Of a DNA stretch of 64,000 bases, positions 1-12,106 are shown piece after piece. This DNA is from Octopus vulgaris (Eukaryota), in NCBI GenBank assembly GCA_951406725.2, contig OX597841.1, forward strand, positions 14,198,001 to 14,262,000, given 5' to 3'. Under the pieces are notes generated by a model, which worked only from the letters and a program-made list of their open reading frames with translations, was not told the origin of the DNA and ran no database searches. The position numbers and the translations under genes were made by a program. The number at the start of each line of letters is the position of its first letter. The stretch's first letter is position 1.

Positions 1-1244
1 TATTATTATTATTATTATTATTATTATTTTGCCTTTCTTTTTCAAAAATTTTTTCCTGCCCTCTCTGAATATATTTACATAAATTATTCTTCAAACATTC
101 AACAAGCTTTTCTCGTTGTTCTAATTAATTTAATTTATCGCATTAATTATTATTTTCTTTCTTTGTTATGGTTTGGTTACAGTGTTTCTTTTTCTTCTTT
201 TTTTTTTTTCCTTTTTTTTTATTTGCTTAGAGTTTTCATTTTTTGTTGTGTTTCTTTCTTTTCTTGGTTTATATTTTTATGTATATTTTCGTTGTTGGTG
301 TTGTATTTTTTTTACATTTTCTTGTTGTTGTTTGTTTTTGTTTTCTTACTATTTTTTTTCTTGTTTTTTTTTTCTTTCTAAATTTTATCTTTATTTTTTT
401 TTTCATTTTATTTTCTATTTTGTTTCATTTTATTTTCTTGGTTAAAATCTTTCAAAAAAGTTTATATATACATCCTTGTTAGATCTTAAATGGCTGATTA
501 GCCCCCATCCTAGCCCTGCTACATTGCCCCCGCCTTGTAATAACCATTGCCTTCACCATCACCACCACCACCACTACACTTTCATTCATCCCCTACCACC
601 CCTCAGAGACAATCGACCCTCCCTTCAGTTTAAACACCCTCATAGGGGTTAGCATGACTTCTCTCTGCTGTCCTTCTTTTGTAGTTCTTTGTTGTCATGT
701 TTGTGGGGTCGAGGGCCCCACCAAGATCTTCCTTCATCCTTTCTCCTTATGTCCTCCTTGGTCAGCCTCTTTCACCTGTCCATTCTTCTTGCATCTCCTC
801 GTCCCCTCATCGTTTAACACCTGCCTTCCACGTTGGCCTGGATTGGACGGTTTGACAGGGGTCGACCAGGCAGAAGACTGCAGCAGGCCTCTGTCTCTGT
901 TTTGCAGTGGGTTTTATGACTGGACGCCCTTCCTAATGCCGACCACCCCGTAGAGTGGGCTCGGTGCTTTTTACGTGGCCCCAGTACAGGTGGGGGTCAG
1001 TTTTATCCTCGCCAGTTCCTGTTCTCCATTACACATCATATCTCCGTACAAGCCAAGCCTTCTCTCTTGCTTGCTGTGTCTGAGTTGTCCTGCACCCAGT
1101 TTGTCTTTGCGTTCATGACGATGATGATGATATATAGTTTCAGTGATTGGTCTGTGGCCATGCTGGGGCACCAGCTTGTAGGGTTTAGTCAAGGGTTTTT
1201 GTAAAGTCTGAAATCTAATCTATTGTAGTGGTGGAGGACAAATG

Positions 1245-1283
<39 letters not shown>

Positions 1284-2018
1284 CATTTGCCCCTTCTGAT
1301 GTTGGACAAATGTAGACCCATTCGGTCCTGTTTCCGTCTCTGTTCTTCTCAACCCTGTCACCGACCCTTTCCCTCTCCCCTGTTTCCTGTTGTACTTGCC
1401 TCATCCTCCCTTCTTACCATTTCCTCATCCCTCCCCCTGGGACCATCACACTCTCTCTCTCGCTCACTCGTTCCCCCTCAGGTACAGGGACCACATTAGG
1501 CCCTTAGCCTTGCAAGCTGGTGTCATGCGAGAAGCCCCTGTTACCCTTTGTGAAGTGGTTGGCATTAGAAAGGACATCCAATTGTAGAAACCCAAAGAAA
1601 GCATTGGAGCAGGATGCTGTCTTTAGATGTATCAGACCCCTTCAAATTCTCTAACTCATGCCATCATGGAAAAAGGGCGTTCGGGCCCTTAGCTTCCAGA
1701 TTACGTTGTCAAATGTAAATGCATATTTATTCTTGTTGTTTTGAATTAATTAATTGTTCATTTAATGAATCTCTTAGCTTTGAGATTCCAATGATGCGAT
1801 TGTCTGTTTTTTTAGAATGTCATTGTAGGGTAGGTGTGAGAGGCCAGGTCTGACCAGTTTGAACATCATCATGTAATGTCCATTTTCCATGCCGGCATGC
1901 GTTGGACAGCAGCTGACCAGCTAAAGGGCTGTTCAGGCTCCCTGTCTGTTTTGGCAGGGTTTCTACGGCTGGATGTCCTTCATAACACGGTGCTGGGTAC
2001 TTTAACCCATCACCAGTA

Positions 2019-2419
2019 TACTCTTTTACTCTTTTACTTGCTTCAGTCATTTGCTGGAGCACCGCCTTTAGTCGAGCAAATCGACCCCGGGACTTATTCT
2101 TTGTAAGCCCAGTACTTATTCTATCGGTCTCTTTTGCCGAACCGCTAAGTGACGGGGACGTAAACACACCAGCATCGGTTGTCAAGCAATGCTAGGGGGA
2201 CAAACACAGACACACAAACACACACACACATACATATATATATATACATATATACGACAGGCTTCTTTCAGTTTCCGTCTACCAAATCCACTCACAAGGC
2301 ATTGGTCGGCCCGGGGCTATAGCAGAAGACACTTGCCCAAGGTGCCACGCCAGTGGGACTGAACCCGGAACCATGTGGTTGGTTAGCAAGCTACTTACCA
2401 CACAGCCACTCCTGTGCCT
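2019..2419 (-). mobile_element. tRNA-derived SINE family A (full copy)
   Basis: Head gcaggagtggctgtgtggtaag...ggttccgggttcagtccc (A/B boxes), CORE-like ccttgggcaagtgtctt, internal TA/TG microsatellite, (AAAAGAGT)n tail. About 20 copies in the window. Confidence 0.9.
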
Positions 2420-3207
2420 ATATGGGTGCTTTTTTTAATGTGGCACCAGCCCCTTGAAGCCCACAAGACTAGGGATGCCCAGCTGGAGTGGGTTGCAGGG
2501 GACGAGCCTGTATGCAAGGGCAATCATGGTTTCACTTAGCTTGATGTGTCTTTCCAAGTGCAGTAAACCACCAGGAGCCTCAGTCCCCTGTCATCCCCTC
2601 TGTAAGCCCCAATACCCCATAGATCCTTTCTCACCTCTTCATCCCACCCCTTCCACATGTTCCCTCTGCAATTAAACATCAGCATCTCTTTACGCAGCTC
2701 TCCTCATTCATCCCATGGCCACCCCCGAGCACTTGTCTCTCTTGCACAATACATCTGATGTTTGAGCCTTAATGGGGCTCATTTAAATAATCAAAGAACT
2801 AAACGATGGTGATGGTATTACGAAGTGTAATATGTTAGGGGATAATCTTCACCTAATCCCTAAGGGTTGGTATAATCCCTGGCACTCCAGCCCTTGTAGT
2901 TTGTACCCTTGCACCCCCTGTGTTAGAAATCATCATTATTAAGGTTGAGCTTCCGAGTTCAAATCCCAGTAGAGTTTTTTGTCATTTGAGAGGGTGTTGT
3001 GTTGGGGGATGGGGAAGGGGTGTCTGCAAGCAAAGTCCTTTAGTATTGGACCTTATATATTTCTTGTTGTTGCTGTTGTTGTTACTGTTGTTGTTGTTGT
3101 TGTTGTTTGTGAGGTTAGTGCCATGCAGTAAACCATTAAGGTCACAACTGAGTTTCTCCTCTGAGTTCCAGGTTCGAATCCCGTCAGCGTTAGACTTTAC
3201 TATTTGT

Positions 3208-3790
3208 TGAGCTGGCAGAAACGTTAGCACGTCGGGCGAAATGCGTAGCCGTATTTCATCTGTCGTTACGTTCTGAGTTCAAATTCCGCCGAGGTCGACT
3301 TTGCCTTTCATCCTTTCGGGGTCGATAAATAAAGTACCAGTTATGCACTGGGGTCGATGTAATCGACTTAATCCCTTTGTCTGTTTTTGTTTGTTCCCTC
3401 TATATTTAGCCCCTTGTGGGCAGTAAAGAAATGGGTATTTCGTCTGTCGTTACGTTCTGAGTTCAAATTCCGCCGAGGTCGACTTTACCTTTCATCCTTT
3501 CAGGGTCGATAAATTAAGTACCAGTTACGCACTGGGGTCGATGGAAATGACTTAATCCTGTTGTCTGTCCTTGTTTGTCCTCTCTGTGTTTAGCCCCTTG
3601 TTGGCAATAAAGAAGTAAGAATCGTAAGCAGCATTTCATCCGTCTTTACATTCTGAGTTCAAATTCCACCGAGGTCGATTTTACCTTTCGTTCTTCCAGG
3701 GTTGGAATAAGTAGATCCATATAATCTACTTATTCCACTCAACCCCACTCACCCCACTTCTGAAATTTCTGGCCTTGTGCCAAAATTTAG
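3208..3790 (+). mobile_element. tRNA-derived SINE family C (Nin-domain-like), tandem partial copies
   Basis: gagctggcagaaacgttag...gagttcaaattccgccgaggtcgactttgcctttcatcctttcggggtcgataaat. Other copies at 6670-6895, 6962-7190, 17530-17762 and 24960-25048 (-). Confidence 0.82.
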
Positions 3791-4933
3791 AAAGTAATAT
3801 TTAGTGACATCTGTTTACAGATTGATTTCAGACCCCTGCTCCTGGCCTCTCCACTTCCACGCACCAGTGATACCCTCATCCCACCCTCTTGACATGGTCA
3901 ACTATCATTCCTTTGCCATCACTGTGCAGGAGCCAGGGGCTTCACAAACTCGTTACAGCGTAGGGGTAAAAAAAAGTTGTCCCGTGGTTATTTGTGTTAG
4001 TTTTGACATCACTACCTTCCCCGTGCATCTCCTCCATAGCAAGACGTTTATGTAGGTACCCCTATCATACTTTAGTCTTTCAGTACTTGGCATACATCCA
4101 CCCACTTTCACCTTCTCCTCCCAAATACTTCCTCGTAGTAATGAGAGATTTTCCTTTCCTTTTCTGTCTTGCAAGTGGCATAGCAACCTCACTGATGCTG
4201 GTGCGACATAAAAAGCACCCAGTACATTCTGTAAAGTGGTTGGCATTAGGAAGGGCATCCAGCCATAGAAACCATGCCTGTGCTTCTCCGTCTCTCTTAC
4301 TTCAGCCTTTCAACACCTGGCATAAAGCTATGCACCTCCACCTTCTCCCAAATTTTACCTCTTAGCAGAGGGAATTTTTTTCCTCTTTGCTTTTTCTCTG
4401 TCTTGCAAGTTACACAACAACCTCACTAATGCTAATGCCATGTAAAAAGCACCCAATACACTCTGTGAAGTGGTTGGCATTAGGAAGCCATAGAAACCAT
4501 GCTATAGATTACATTGGAGCTTACCATTACCTTAAAGCTCGTCAGATACTGTCAAACTGTCCAGCCTATGCCAACAGGGACAGTGGACATTAAACGACGA
4601 TGAAACAATGACGATGGTTCAGGGTTCAAATTGACTTGTGCATAAATTTAGGAATTAAAATGTCCTGCCTAGTCATGCGTGATGCCATCTCATTTCTGCA
4701 TCATGATAGCTGAGTACAAGTGTTTGGAATACTCAGCCACTTGCAGGAACTAAGTAACTTGCAAGACAAAGATCCTTTGTGAGGGGAGGGGGGCCATCGG
4801 AAGAGGGGATCTTGTGTCGGATAATGAAAGGTTAGAGTGAGACAGAGAGACAGAAACGGGTGTCTTTATGCCATGATGATGATGATGATGATATATATGC
4901 ACATACATGTGTGTATACATACATATAGCTATG

Positions 4934-4971
<38 letters not shown>

Positions 4972-6154
4972 CACACATTTTTTATGTTCCTTTTCTCTTT
5001 ACTTACACTGGTTTTCTTGTGTGTTTACTCTGACATACACATGCATATATATATGTGTATATATATATATATATATATACACACACATATGTGTGTGTGC
5101 TCATACTCTCATTCTCTCTCTCTCTCTCTCTCCCCCCCCCTCTGTTTCACACACACACACTTATGGTGCATTTGGCAAACCACATTAGTTCTTTTTCTGT
5201 TCATTTCTAATTATTGGTGTTGTTGCTAACGGTGTTGCTAACAGTGTTGTAGTTGATGTTGTTGGCTATGATGTTGTTGTTGTTGTTGTTGCATTTGCTG
5301 CTATTGTCAGCAGCAGTGTAGTTGCTGCTAATGCTTGGGAGGAGGGTGGGGGAGCAAGGTGCTTGTCGTTGCTAACTGTACTGTGGATATTGTTGCTAGC
5401 AATGTTGTGGCGGTGGTGGCTGTTGTTTTTTGCTTCTCTTAATGTTGCTATTGATGTTGGGTTTGCTTTTTTTGTTTTTTTTTTTCTTTTGCTGTTGTTA
5501 ACGGTGTGTTGGTTGCTGTTGCTAACAGTGTCGGTGTTGCTATTGCTATTGTAGTTACTAGCATTGTTTGTAGTTGTTGTTAACTATGCTGACTTGGGTG
5601 TTGTTGCCGTCGCCGTAGCAGCAGCAGCAGTAGTTGTTGCTAACAATGCTTCCGGTGTTGCTGTTGTGATCGTTGTTGTTGTTGCTAACAGTGTTATCGG
5701 TGTTGTAGTGTTTGTTACTAATGTTGTTAACTCATGGCACCATGGTTTTCGTTGCTAACAGTGCTTGAACGTGTCGTTGCTATTTGCCGACAATGTTTGG
5801 TTGCAGTGTTGTTAGACACGAGTGTAGTGCTGTTGTTGTTGTTGTTGTTGCTAATGGTGATGCTATTGTCGGTTATTGTACTGTTTGATTATTTTTCTGG
5901 CAGACTTGGTAGAGTGCTAGACTGTATTGATATCACTTTGCGTTCTGAGCTCCAATCTCACCAACATCCAATTGGTTTTTTTTTTCTCATCTCTCTGTGG
6001 TAGATACAATAAGATACCAGTAATGTCCTAGGGTGAATTCATTTAAGTATACATACTCCCCACATGACAAAAAATGTCCCCTTTGTGGAATTAGTTGTGG
6101 TTAGAAAAGAAAGCATATGACCAGCATGCCTAGGTTTATTATTATTATTATTAT

Positions 6155-6610
6155 GGCACCTGTGTCGGTGGCACATAAAAAACACCATTCGAGCGTGGCC
6201 GTTCGCCGGCCTCGTCTGGCACCTGTGTCGGTGGCACATAAAAAACACCATTCGAGCGTGGCCGTTCGCCAGCCTCGTCTGGCACCTGAGTCGGTGGCAC
6301 ATAAAAAACACCATCCGAGCGTGGCCGTTCGCCAGCCTCGCCTGGCCCCCGTGTCGGTGGCACATAAAAAACACCATCCGAGCGTGGCCGTCTGCCAGCC
6401 TCGTCTGGCACCTGTGTCGGTGGCATGTAAAAAGCACCCACTACACTCACGGAGTGGTTGGCGTTAGGAAGGACATCCAGCCGTAGAAACACTGCCAGAT
6501 AAGACCGGAGCCTGGTGCAGCCTCCTGGCTTCCCAGATCCCCGGTCGAACCGTCCAACCCATGCTAGCATGGAAAGCGGACGTTAAACAATGATGATGAT
6601 GATGATGATT
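6155..6610 (+). mobile_element. Retroposon family B ((GAT)n tail) with internal 63-bp tandem repeats
   Basis: Core gttggcgttaggaagggcatccagctgtagaaac; 3' end ccaacccatgctagcatggaaagcggacgttaaac(gat)n. Other copies at ~810-990, 1535-1680, 1864-2010, 4190-4620, 12825-13128, 22220-22460, 24580-24716, 33110-33390, 39503-40075, 43457-44250, 53263-53677, 57843-57990, 60110-60790. Confidence 0.85.
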
Positions 6611-6620
6611 ATTATTATCA

Positions 6621-6672
<52 letters not shown>

Positions 6673-7332
6673 GGCTATGAGCTGGCAAAATTGTTATGAT
6701 ATTTGGCAAACTGCTTCGTGGCATTTTGTCCCTCCTTGCATTATGAGCTCCAATTCTGCCAAGGTCAACTTTGCCTTTCATCCCTGTCTGAATCGATAAT
6801 ATAAATACCAGTGAAACGCTGGGGGTCGATGTAGTGGACTAGCCTCCCCCTCCCCCTCCCAAATTCCAGGCCTTGTGCCTATAGTAGAAAGGAGTATTAT
6901 AATCGGTATTATTACTATTGGTTATTGTCGGACCTTGTGGCTGTTGTTGTTGTTGTCGTTGGGGCAGTGAGCTGGCTGAAGCATTGGCATGTTGGGTGAA
7001 ACGCTTAGAAGCATTGTCGTCTGTCTGTCTTTACATTCTGAGTTCAAATTCCACTGAGGTCGACTTTGCTTTTTATTCCTTTCGGAGTAGATGAAATAAA
7101 TACTAGTTGAGCACTGGGGTCAGTGTAATCGACTAGCCCCTGCCCCTGCCCCTCTAAATTTCCAGCCCTGTGCCTATAGTAGAAAGGATTATTATTGTTA
7201 GTAGTAGTAGCAGTAGTAGTAGCAGTTGTAGTAGTGTAGGGTGGTGCGAAAGTCTTGTTGTCACTCCCTACCGCAAAGTAATAAGAATAACCGTAGGTAA
7301 AAAATGCTTGAGAGTTTCTGAAATTCTAGATT

Positions 7333-7606
7333 CAGGGCCGTGGAGTCGAAGCAAAAAGGTCCCAGTCTTCTGCTATTGGCACCCCTGACTCCGACTCTGA
7401 CTCTGACTCCTCTTTATGTAATCAAGTGATTGTGCTCTACATATCTCATAAAGCATAGGCTTGTACTTTGAGTCGGCCTGTATCTCATAACTGGTTTAGA
7501 TTAAAGAATAAAGATATCGCGAGTCGGAGTCAGTATAGTTTTACCGACTCTGATTCCGACTCCAGCTACTCCTTAATTGTTCCCTATTCCGACCCCACGG
7601 CCCCTG
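7333..7606. mobile_element. hAT-superfamily MITE
   Basis: TIRs cagggccgtggagtcg / cgaccccacggcccctg, subterminal GACTCC repeats, and an exact 8-bp TSD TCTAGATT (7325-7332, 7607-7614). Confidence 0.88.
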
Positions 7607-8054
7607 TCTAGATTTCCAGCGAAGGGCAACTTAGAATCCCGAGAGCACACAAAACGAATGTTTCGCCGACAACAAGCACATCAGATATATATATACATCC
7701 ATCGCTGTACAGAGTCCACCAATGTATAGATACATCAGGAAAGGAAAAATCTGCAGAAGCATTTTAATTTTATAGATTTTACCATTCCTGAGGTGTGTAT
7801 GCATTTTCTTAGCGGGCCCTTTATAAATCCACACTCAGAGACCTTATACATCAAGTCCCTCTATTGCATGCACACGCTGTTTCCTTCGACCAGGTTTCAC
7901 TAGCACCAGGAACCGTGTTGGACGACACATAACCAAGGTGCCGTGCTGTGCTGTGTTGTGTTGTGGTGTTCATCCCGGAACCGCGAGATGTAATTCTATG
8001 TTGTGATCATCTGTTTGCTGTGCATGAATGTTTAATGTCGTCCTGTCTTTCCAG

Positions 8055-8224
8055 GTGCCGCCCCTGCCAAGTCCACTGACTCTGACACGAAGCCGTCGAC
8101 ACAGAAGCTGGAGGAGGACAGCAACAGCTCCGCAGCGACAAACGAGTCGGCAGGACCCAAAGATTCTGATCAATCCCAGAATGCACAAAAACAGGAAGTA
8201 CCGAAAGATACACAGTCCACACAG
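8055..8224 (+). CDS. Gene 1 coding exon A (first visible; upstream exons not found)
   Basis: Acceptor tcctgtctttccag|GT and donor CAG|gtatgg. Phase-1 entry reads (G)AAPAKSTDSDTKPSTQKLEEDSN...DTQSTQ; phase-0 exit matches the next exon. Confidence 0.8.
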
Positions 8225-8292
8225 GTATGGTCATAAGGTCATCGTGTTGCTACAAGACTTTTTGTTTTGTGTTTTTTTAAATTACTGTGCCC

Positions 8293-8337
<45 letters not shown>

Positions 8338-8403
8338 GGTCCCGGGTTGATTCGGGGTTAACCACAGTAAGTAAGGTACTCAATACATAGCAGAGTAAAA
8401 TTA

Positions 8404-8529
8404 ATTTATTATATAGAAGGAGCTTCTACAGGACTAGTACTGTTTCATTCAAGAGAAATCTTCAGGAAGCTTCCTGAAGATTTCTCTTGAATGAAACAGT
8501 ACTAGTCCTGTAGAAGCTCCTTCTATATA

Positions 8530-8535
<6 letters not shown>
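8404..8535. repeat. Perfect 132-bp palindrome (66-bp arms, no spacer)
   Basis: Centred on aagctt at 8467-8472. Arms are exact reverse complements; flanked by (TA)n. Confidence 0.95.
8468..8518 (+). ncRNA. Minimal type-I hammerhead ribozyme (mirror copy on minus strand at 8421-8471)
   Basis: agcttc-CTGAAGA-t ttc tctt gaa t-GAAA-cag tactagtc ctg-TA-gaagct. 6-bp stem I, CUGANGA/GAAA core, short stem II, stem III with palindromic loop, GUA cleavage triplet. Confidence 0.7.
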
Positions 8536-8559
<24 letters not shown>

Positions 8560-8564
<5 letters not shown>

Positions 8565-8731
8565 AAATTTAAAGGACTGACCACTAAAAGTGGACGGTCA
8601 ACATGCTAGACATAGACGTCAAATCGCTATTTTCCACAAAGTACATATTCTTTGTGGAAAATAGCGATTTGACGTCTATATCTAGCATGTTGACCGTCCA
8701 CTTTTAGTGGTCAGTCCTTTAAATTTTGTAT
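8560..8731. repeat. Foldback inverted repeat (82-bp arms, 8-nt spacer, 1 mismatch)
   Basis: atacaaaattt...ccacaaag / ctttgtgg...aaattttgtat; starts at a (TA)n tract. Confidence 0.93.
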
Positions 8732-9192
8732 GTAAAAATATTTTAATCTTCAGATTTTTTTAATATGCTGGGCCACTGGTTTTAATTGATTAATATCAAT
8801 TTCTACCCTTATTAAATTTTAAATTTATATATATATATATATATAAATAAATAAATAAACTTTTGTATCTCTGCTGTAAGGCTTCATTTCCATATGCCGT
8901 CAGCTTAATTCAATTCGTCCTTAGTCGAAAGACGCCTGTTGTTATGTCCTGTTAATATTTTTATTGTATTTATATTTGTGTAATATTTCCCGCTAGCCAT
9001 AACGGCAATTCTGAAAACTTTTGGGTGCGAATTTTACATAAGTAGAAGCTTTTTTTTAACAAATTTTACCCTGGAAATCACCTGTGTAAATTACACAGGT
9101 GTGCAAATTCCATGGGTTTTTACAGTAATTATTCCAGTTGTCTGTAGTCTAGTGTAGGCATGGACAGCCTGTTTCGAAGAAGGTTCATCTGG

Positions 9193-9408
9193 CGGGTTGC
9201 AGGTTGCCCACGGGTTGCAGGTTGCCCTCGGCTTGCAGGTTGCCCTTGGCTTGCAGGTTGCCCACGGCTTGGAGGTTGCCCTCGGCTTGCAGGTTGCCCA
9301 CGGGTTGCAGGTTGCCCATGGGTTGCATGTTGCCCTCGGCTTGCAGGTTGCCCTTGGCTTGCAGGTTGCCCTCAGCTTGCAGGTTGCCCTCGGGTTGCAG
9401 GTTGCCCG
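9193..9408. repeat. 18-bp minisatellite x12
   Basis: Unit ~(c/t)gg(c/g)ttgcaggttgccc(a/t); translates as RVAGCP repeats in the ORF track. Confidence 0.95.
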
Positions 9409-9548
9409 TGACTGGCTACGTGTGCTGTATGGGTGTCAGTGTTTTGTTATGTTGCAGTGTGATGTCAGTTTGTGCATTGTTGTGTGTGGTGCGGTATCGA
9501 TGCTGTCCTTATCTGATCCCTTCTCTTCTCTTCCGTATCCCCTTGCAG

Positions 9549-9675
9549 ACTCCGACGGAAGCTGCAGCTGAAAGTGACGTCGATGCGGAGTTTTCAAACT
9601 GGAGGAAAGTCTGCTGCGAAGAATTTGAATTGGAGGCTGAGAATATTGAGAAACTGATCAACCGAGACATTGCTG
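9549..9675 (+). CDS. Gene 1 coding exon B
   Basis: Acceptor cccttgcag|ACT, donor GCTG|gtgagg. Reads TPTEAAAESDVDAEFSNWRKVCCEEFELEAENIEKLINRDIA; phase 0 in, phase 1 out. Confidence 0.85.
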
Positions 9676-9929
9676 GTGAGGGTTCAATTTCACCTTGTGT
9701 GCTGCTTCACTTCTTCACGCATCCTGACACATTTTGATATCTTCACACCTTTACTTCACCATTTTGCCTTTTCACCTTTTCGTGTTTTCAAAACTTCTCA
9801 TTTTAACAATTTTGTATATTCTTGCCTTTGTATCTTCACACTTTCTCAACTCCTCATTTGAACGACGTCAGATTTTCGTAATTTAACATCTTAATATCTT
9901 CACAACCTACCCTTCTTCAAAACCCTCTC

Positions 9930-10480
9930 TTCTTCATGGCCCTCTCGCCTTCACAACCTTCTCATCATCATGGCCCTCTCATCTTCCCAGCCCTCTTGTC
10001 TTCACAACCCTCTTGTTTTCACAACCCTCTCATCTTCCCAGTCCTCTCGTCTTCATGGCCCTCGCATCTTCCCGGCCCTCGTGTCTTCACAACCTTCTCA
10101 TCATCATGGCCCTCTTGTCTTCACAACCCTCTCGTCTTCCCAGCCCTCTCGTCTCCCTGGCCCTCGCATCTTCCCGGCCCTCGTGTCTTCACAACCCTCT
10201 CGTCTTCCCAGCCCTCTCGTCTCCCTGGCCCTCGCATCTTCCCGGCCCTCGTGTCTTCATAACCCTCTCGTCTTCCCAGCCCTCTCGTCTCCCTGGCCCT
10301 CGCATCTTCCCGGCCCTCTCGTCTTCCCAGCCCTCTCGTCTCCCTGGCCCTCGCATCTTCCCGGCCCTCGTGTCTTCACAACCCTCTCGTCTTCATGGCC
10401 CTCTTGTCTTCCCAGCCCTTGCGTCTTCCTGGCCCTTGCGTCTTCCCAGCCCTCTCGTCTTCCCAGCCCTCTCGTCTTCA
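9930..10480. repeat. 17-bp pyrimidine-rich minisatellite with higher-order structure
   Basis: Variants of cttcccagccctctcgt. Confidence 0.9.
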
Positions 10481-10686
10481 AGACATTGCATCTAAACAGT
10501 GTCATGTCTTCAAGACATCCACATCTTCACAGCACCACGTTATCACCAACTTTATATCTTCATATATCATCTAAACATTGTATACATGTGTTTATACATC
10601 TGTGTATGCTTGTGTGTATACACCTGTATTTGTGTATCTGTTTTTATATATAACTAACAAAGTGTCTATTTGTATCTTTTGAACAG

Positions 10687-11603
10687 AGGAATGGACAGCC
10701 GAAGAATGGGAGAAACTCCAGAAAGACTGTGCCACGTACGGCTTTTGGTTTGCCATCACTGACTACATCTACTCGTGTGAGGACTACACTTTTGTTAAGA
10801 TCTTGCCAAGAATATTTGAGAATCTCTTCTTAGATCCTCCCGAAAACATCTCTAACTTCTTGTCTCGAATACGGCGCAGGTTGAAACGAGGTGGTGTCGA
10901 TTGGATAAAGGAGACATTCTTGGAGCCGCAGAAGAATCTCGGCCCCCTCTGCGACAAGCTGGGCATCACCGTTGAACTGTTACAGAAGGGCGAGAGCCCG
11001 AATGTGCCAGCGTCGCAACTGTCGAAGGCTCTCGCCCTTGAATTGCTCTATTATAAGAAAAGGCATCCAACCATGAGCTATGCTGACCTCGCTGGTTGGA
11101 TCAAGTTGATTTTCAATTTCCCAACACTACCCGATCAGCGTGACCTCCACTTCCAACTGGAGGGCATCCATCGACTGAAGAACAAGCTGCGGGGCCACAA
11201 GACCGAAGTTGTTAAAATGCTGAAGGAGCCATTTGAACCTGTGTTCACCTCGTCCGACATCGATGTGGAGACCGACGGGGCGGCCACCACTGGCAGCTCC
11301 GACGATGCCACCGGCGGCGCGGCCAGCTGCAGCACCGCAGGGACTGGGTCTGACAGCAACCTCACCGTGCCGGCTACGACCAGGGAGGAGGAGGAGGAGG
11401 AAGAGGAGGAGGATTTAGAAGAAGAGGAAGACGCGGAGGAAGAGGAGGAGTTGGAAGAAGAAGAAGAGGAGGAGGAAGAGGAGGATTTCTTTGTTGAACG
11501 CAACCAGGATGGCAAGTGTCGGGTGTCGTCGTCTGACAACCCCCCTGAAGGGTCCTCGGACGACAGCTGCAGTGTCCCGACCTTGGAGAAGAAGAGAGCC
11601 GAG
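10687..11603 (+). CDS. Gene 1 coding exon C: helical folded region with HTH-like segment, then poly-Glu tract
   Basis: Acceptor tttgaacag|AG, donor GAG|gtaagt. Phase 1 in, 305 open codons EWTAEEWEKLQKDCATYGFWFAITDY...KKRAE, phase 0 out. Overlaps track ORF 10803..11633. Confidence 0.9.
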
Positions 11604-12106
11604 GTAAGTTCCTTATTCCTTGCTTTTGTATAAGTTGCACATTGTGAAGGTTGATGGCTTAGTGGTTAGGGGCGTTTAGTTCACAATCACAAGGTCATGA
11701 GTTCAATTCCTGGAAAGTCATTGTCTCCTTAGGCAAGACACTTTATTTCATGTTGCCCCAGTCCACTCAGCTGTCAAAAATCAGTTGTACCTGTCATTCA
11801 AAAAGGGCCCAGCTTTGTCACCTCTTGTGTCACACTGAATCTCCCTGAGAACCATGTTAAGGGTACACGTGTCTGTGGAGTACTCGACCACTTGCATGTT
11901 AACTTCATGAGCAGGCTGTTTGGTTAATCCAATCAACTGGAAGGACCTTAGAGAATCTTACTTGAAAATCAAGGAAGGGTTAGCAAGATGAAGGGCATCG
12001 AGCTGTAAAAAGGGGCCTCAATAATGTATTCTTCTAACCCAATGGTTCTCATCAAGGGTCCATATAAAATTTTCTTGTTAAAATTTATCTGCAGTAAATT
12101 GGTTGG

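Noticed and set aside
5215-5880. Many GTTGCTAA RFX-half-like motifs
   Set aside because: Explained by a degenerate (GTT/GCT)n tract; no full X-box.
1-8054. Upstream exons or promoter of gene 1
   Set aside because: No convincing phase-1-ending exon found; the region is mostly SINEs and simple repeats, so the 5' end probably lies outside the window.
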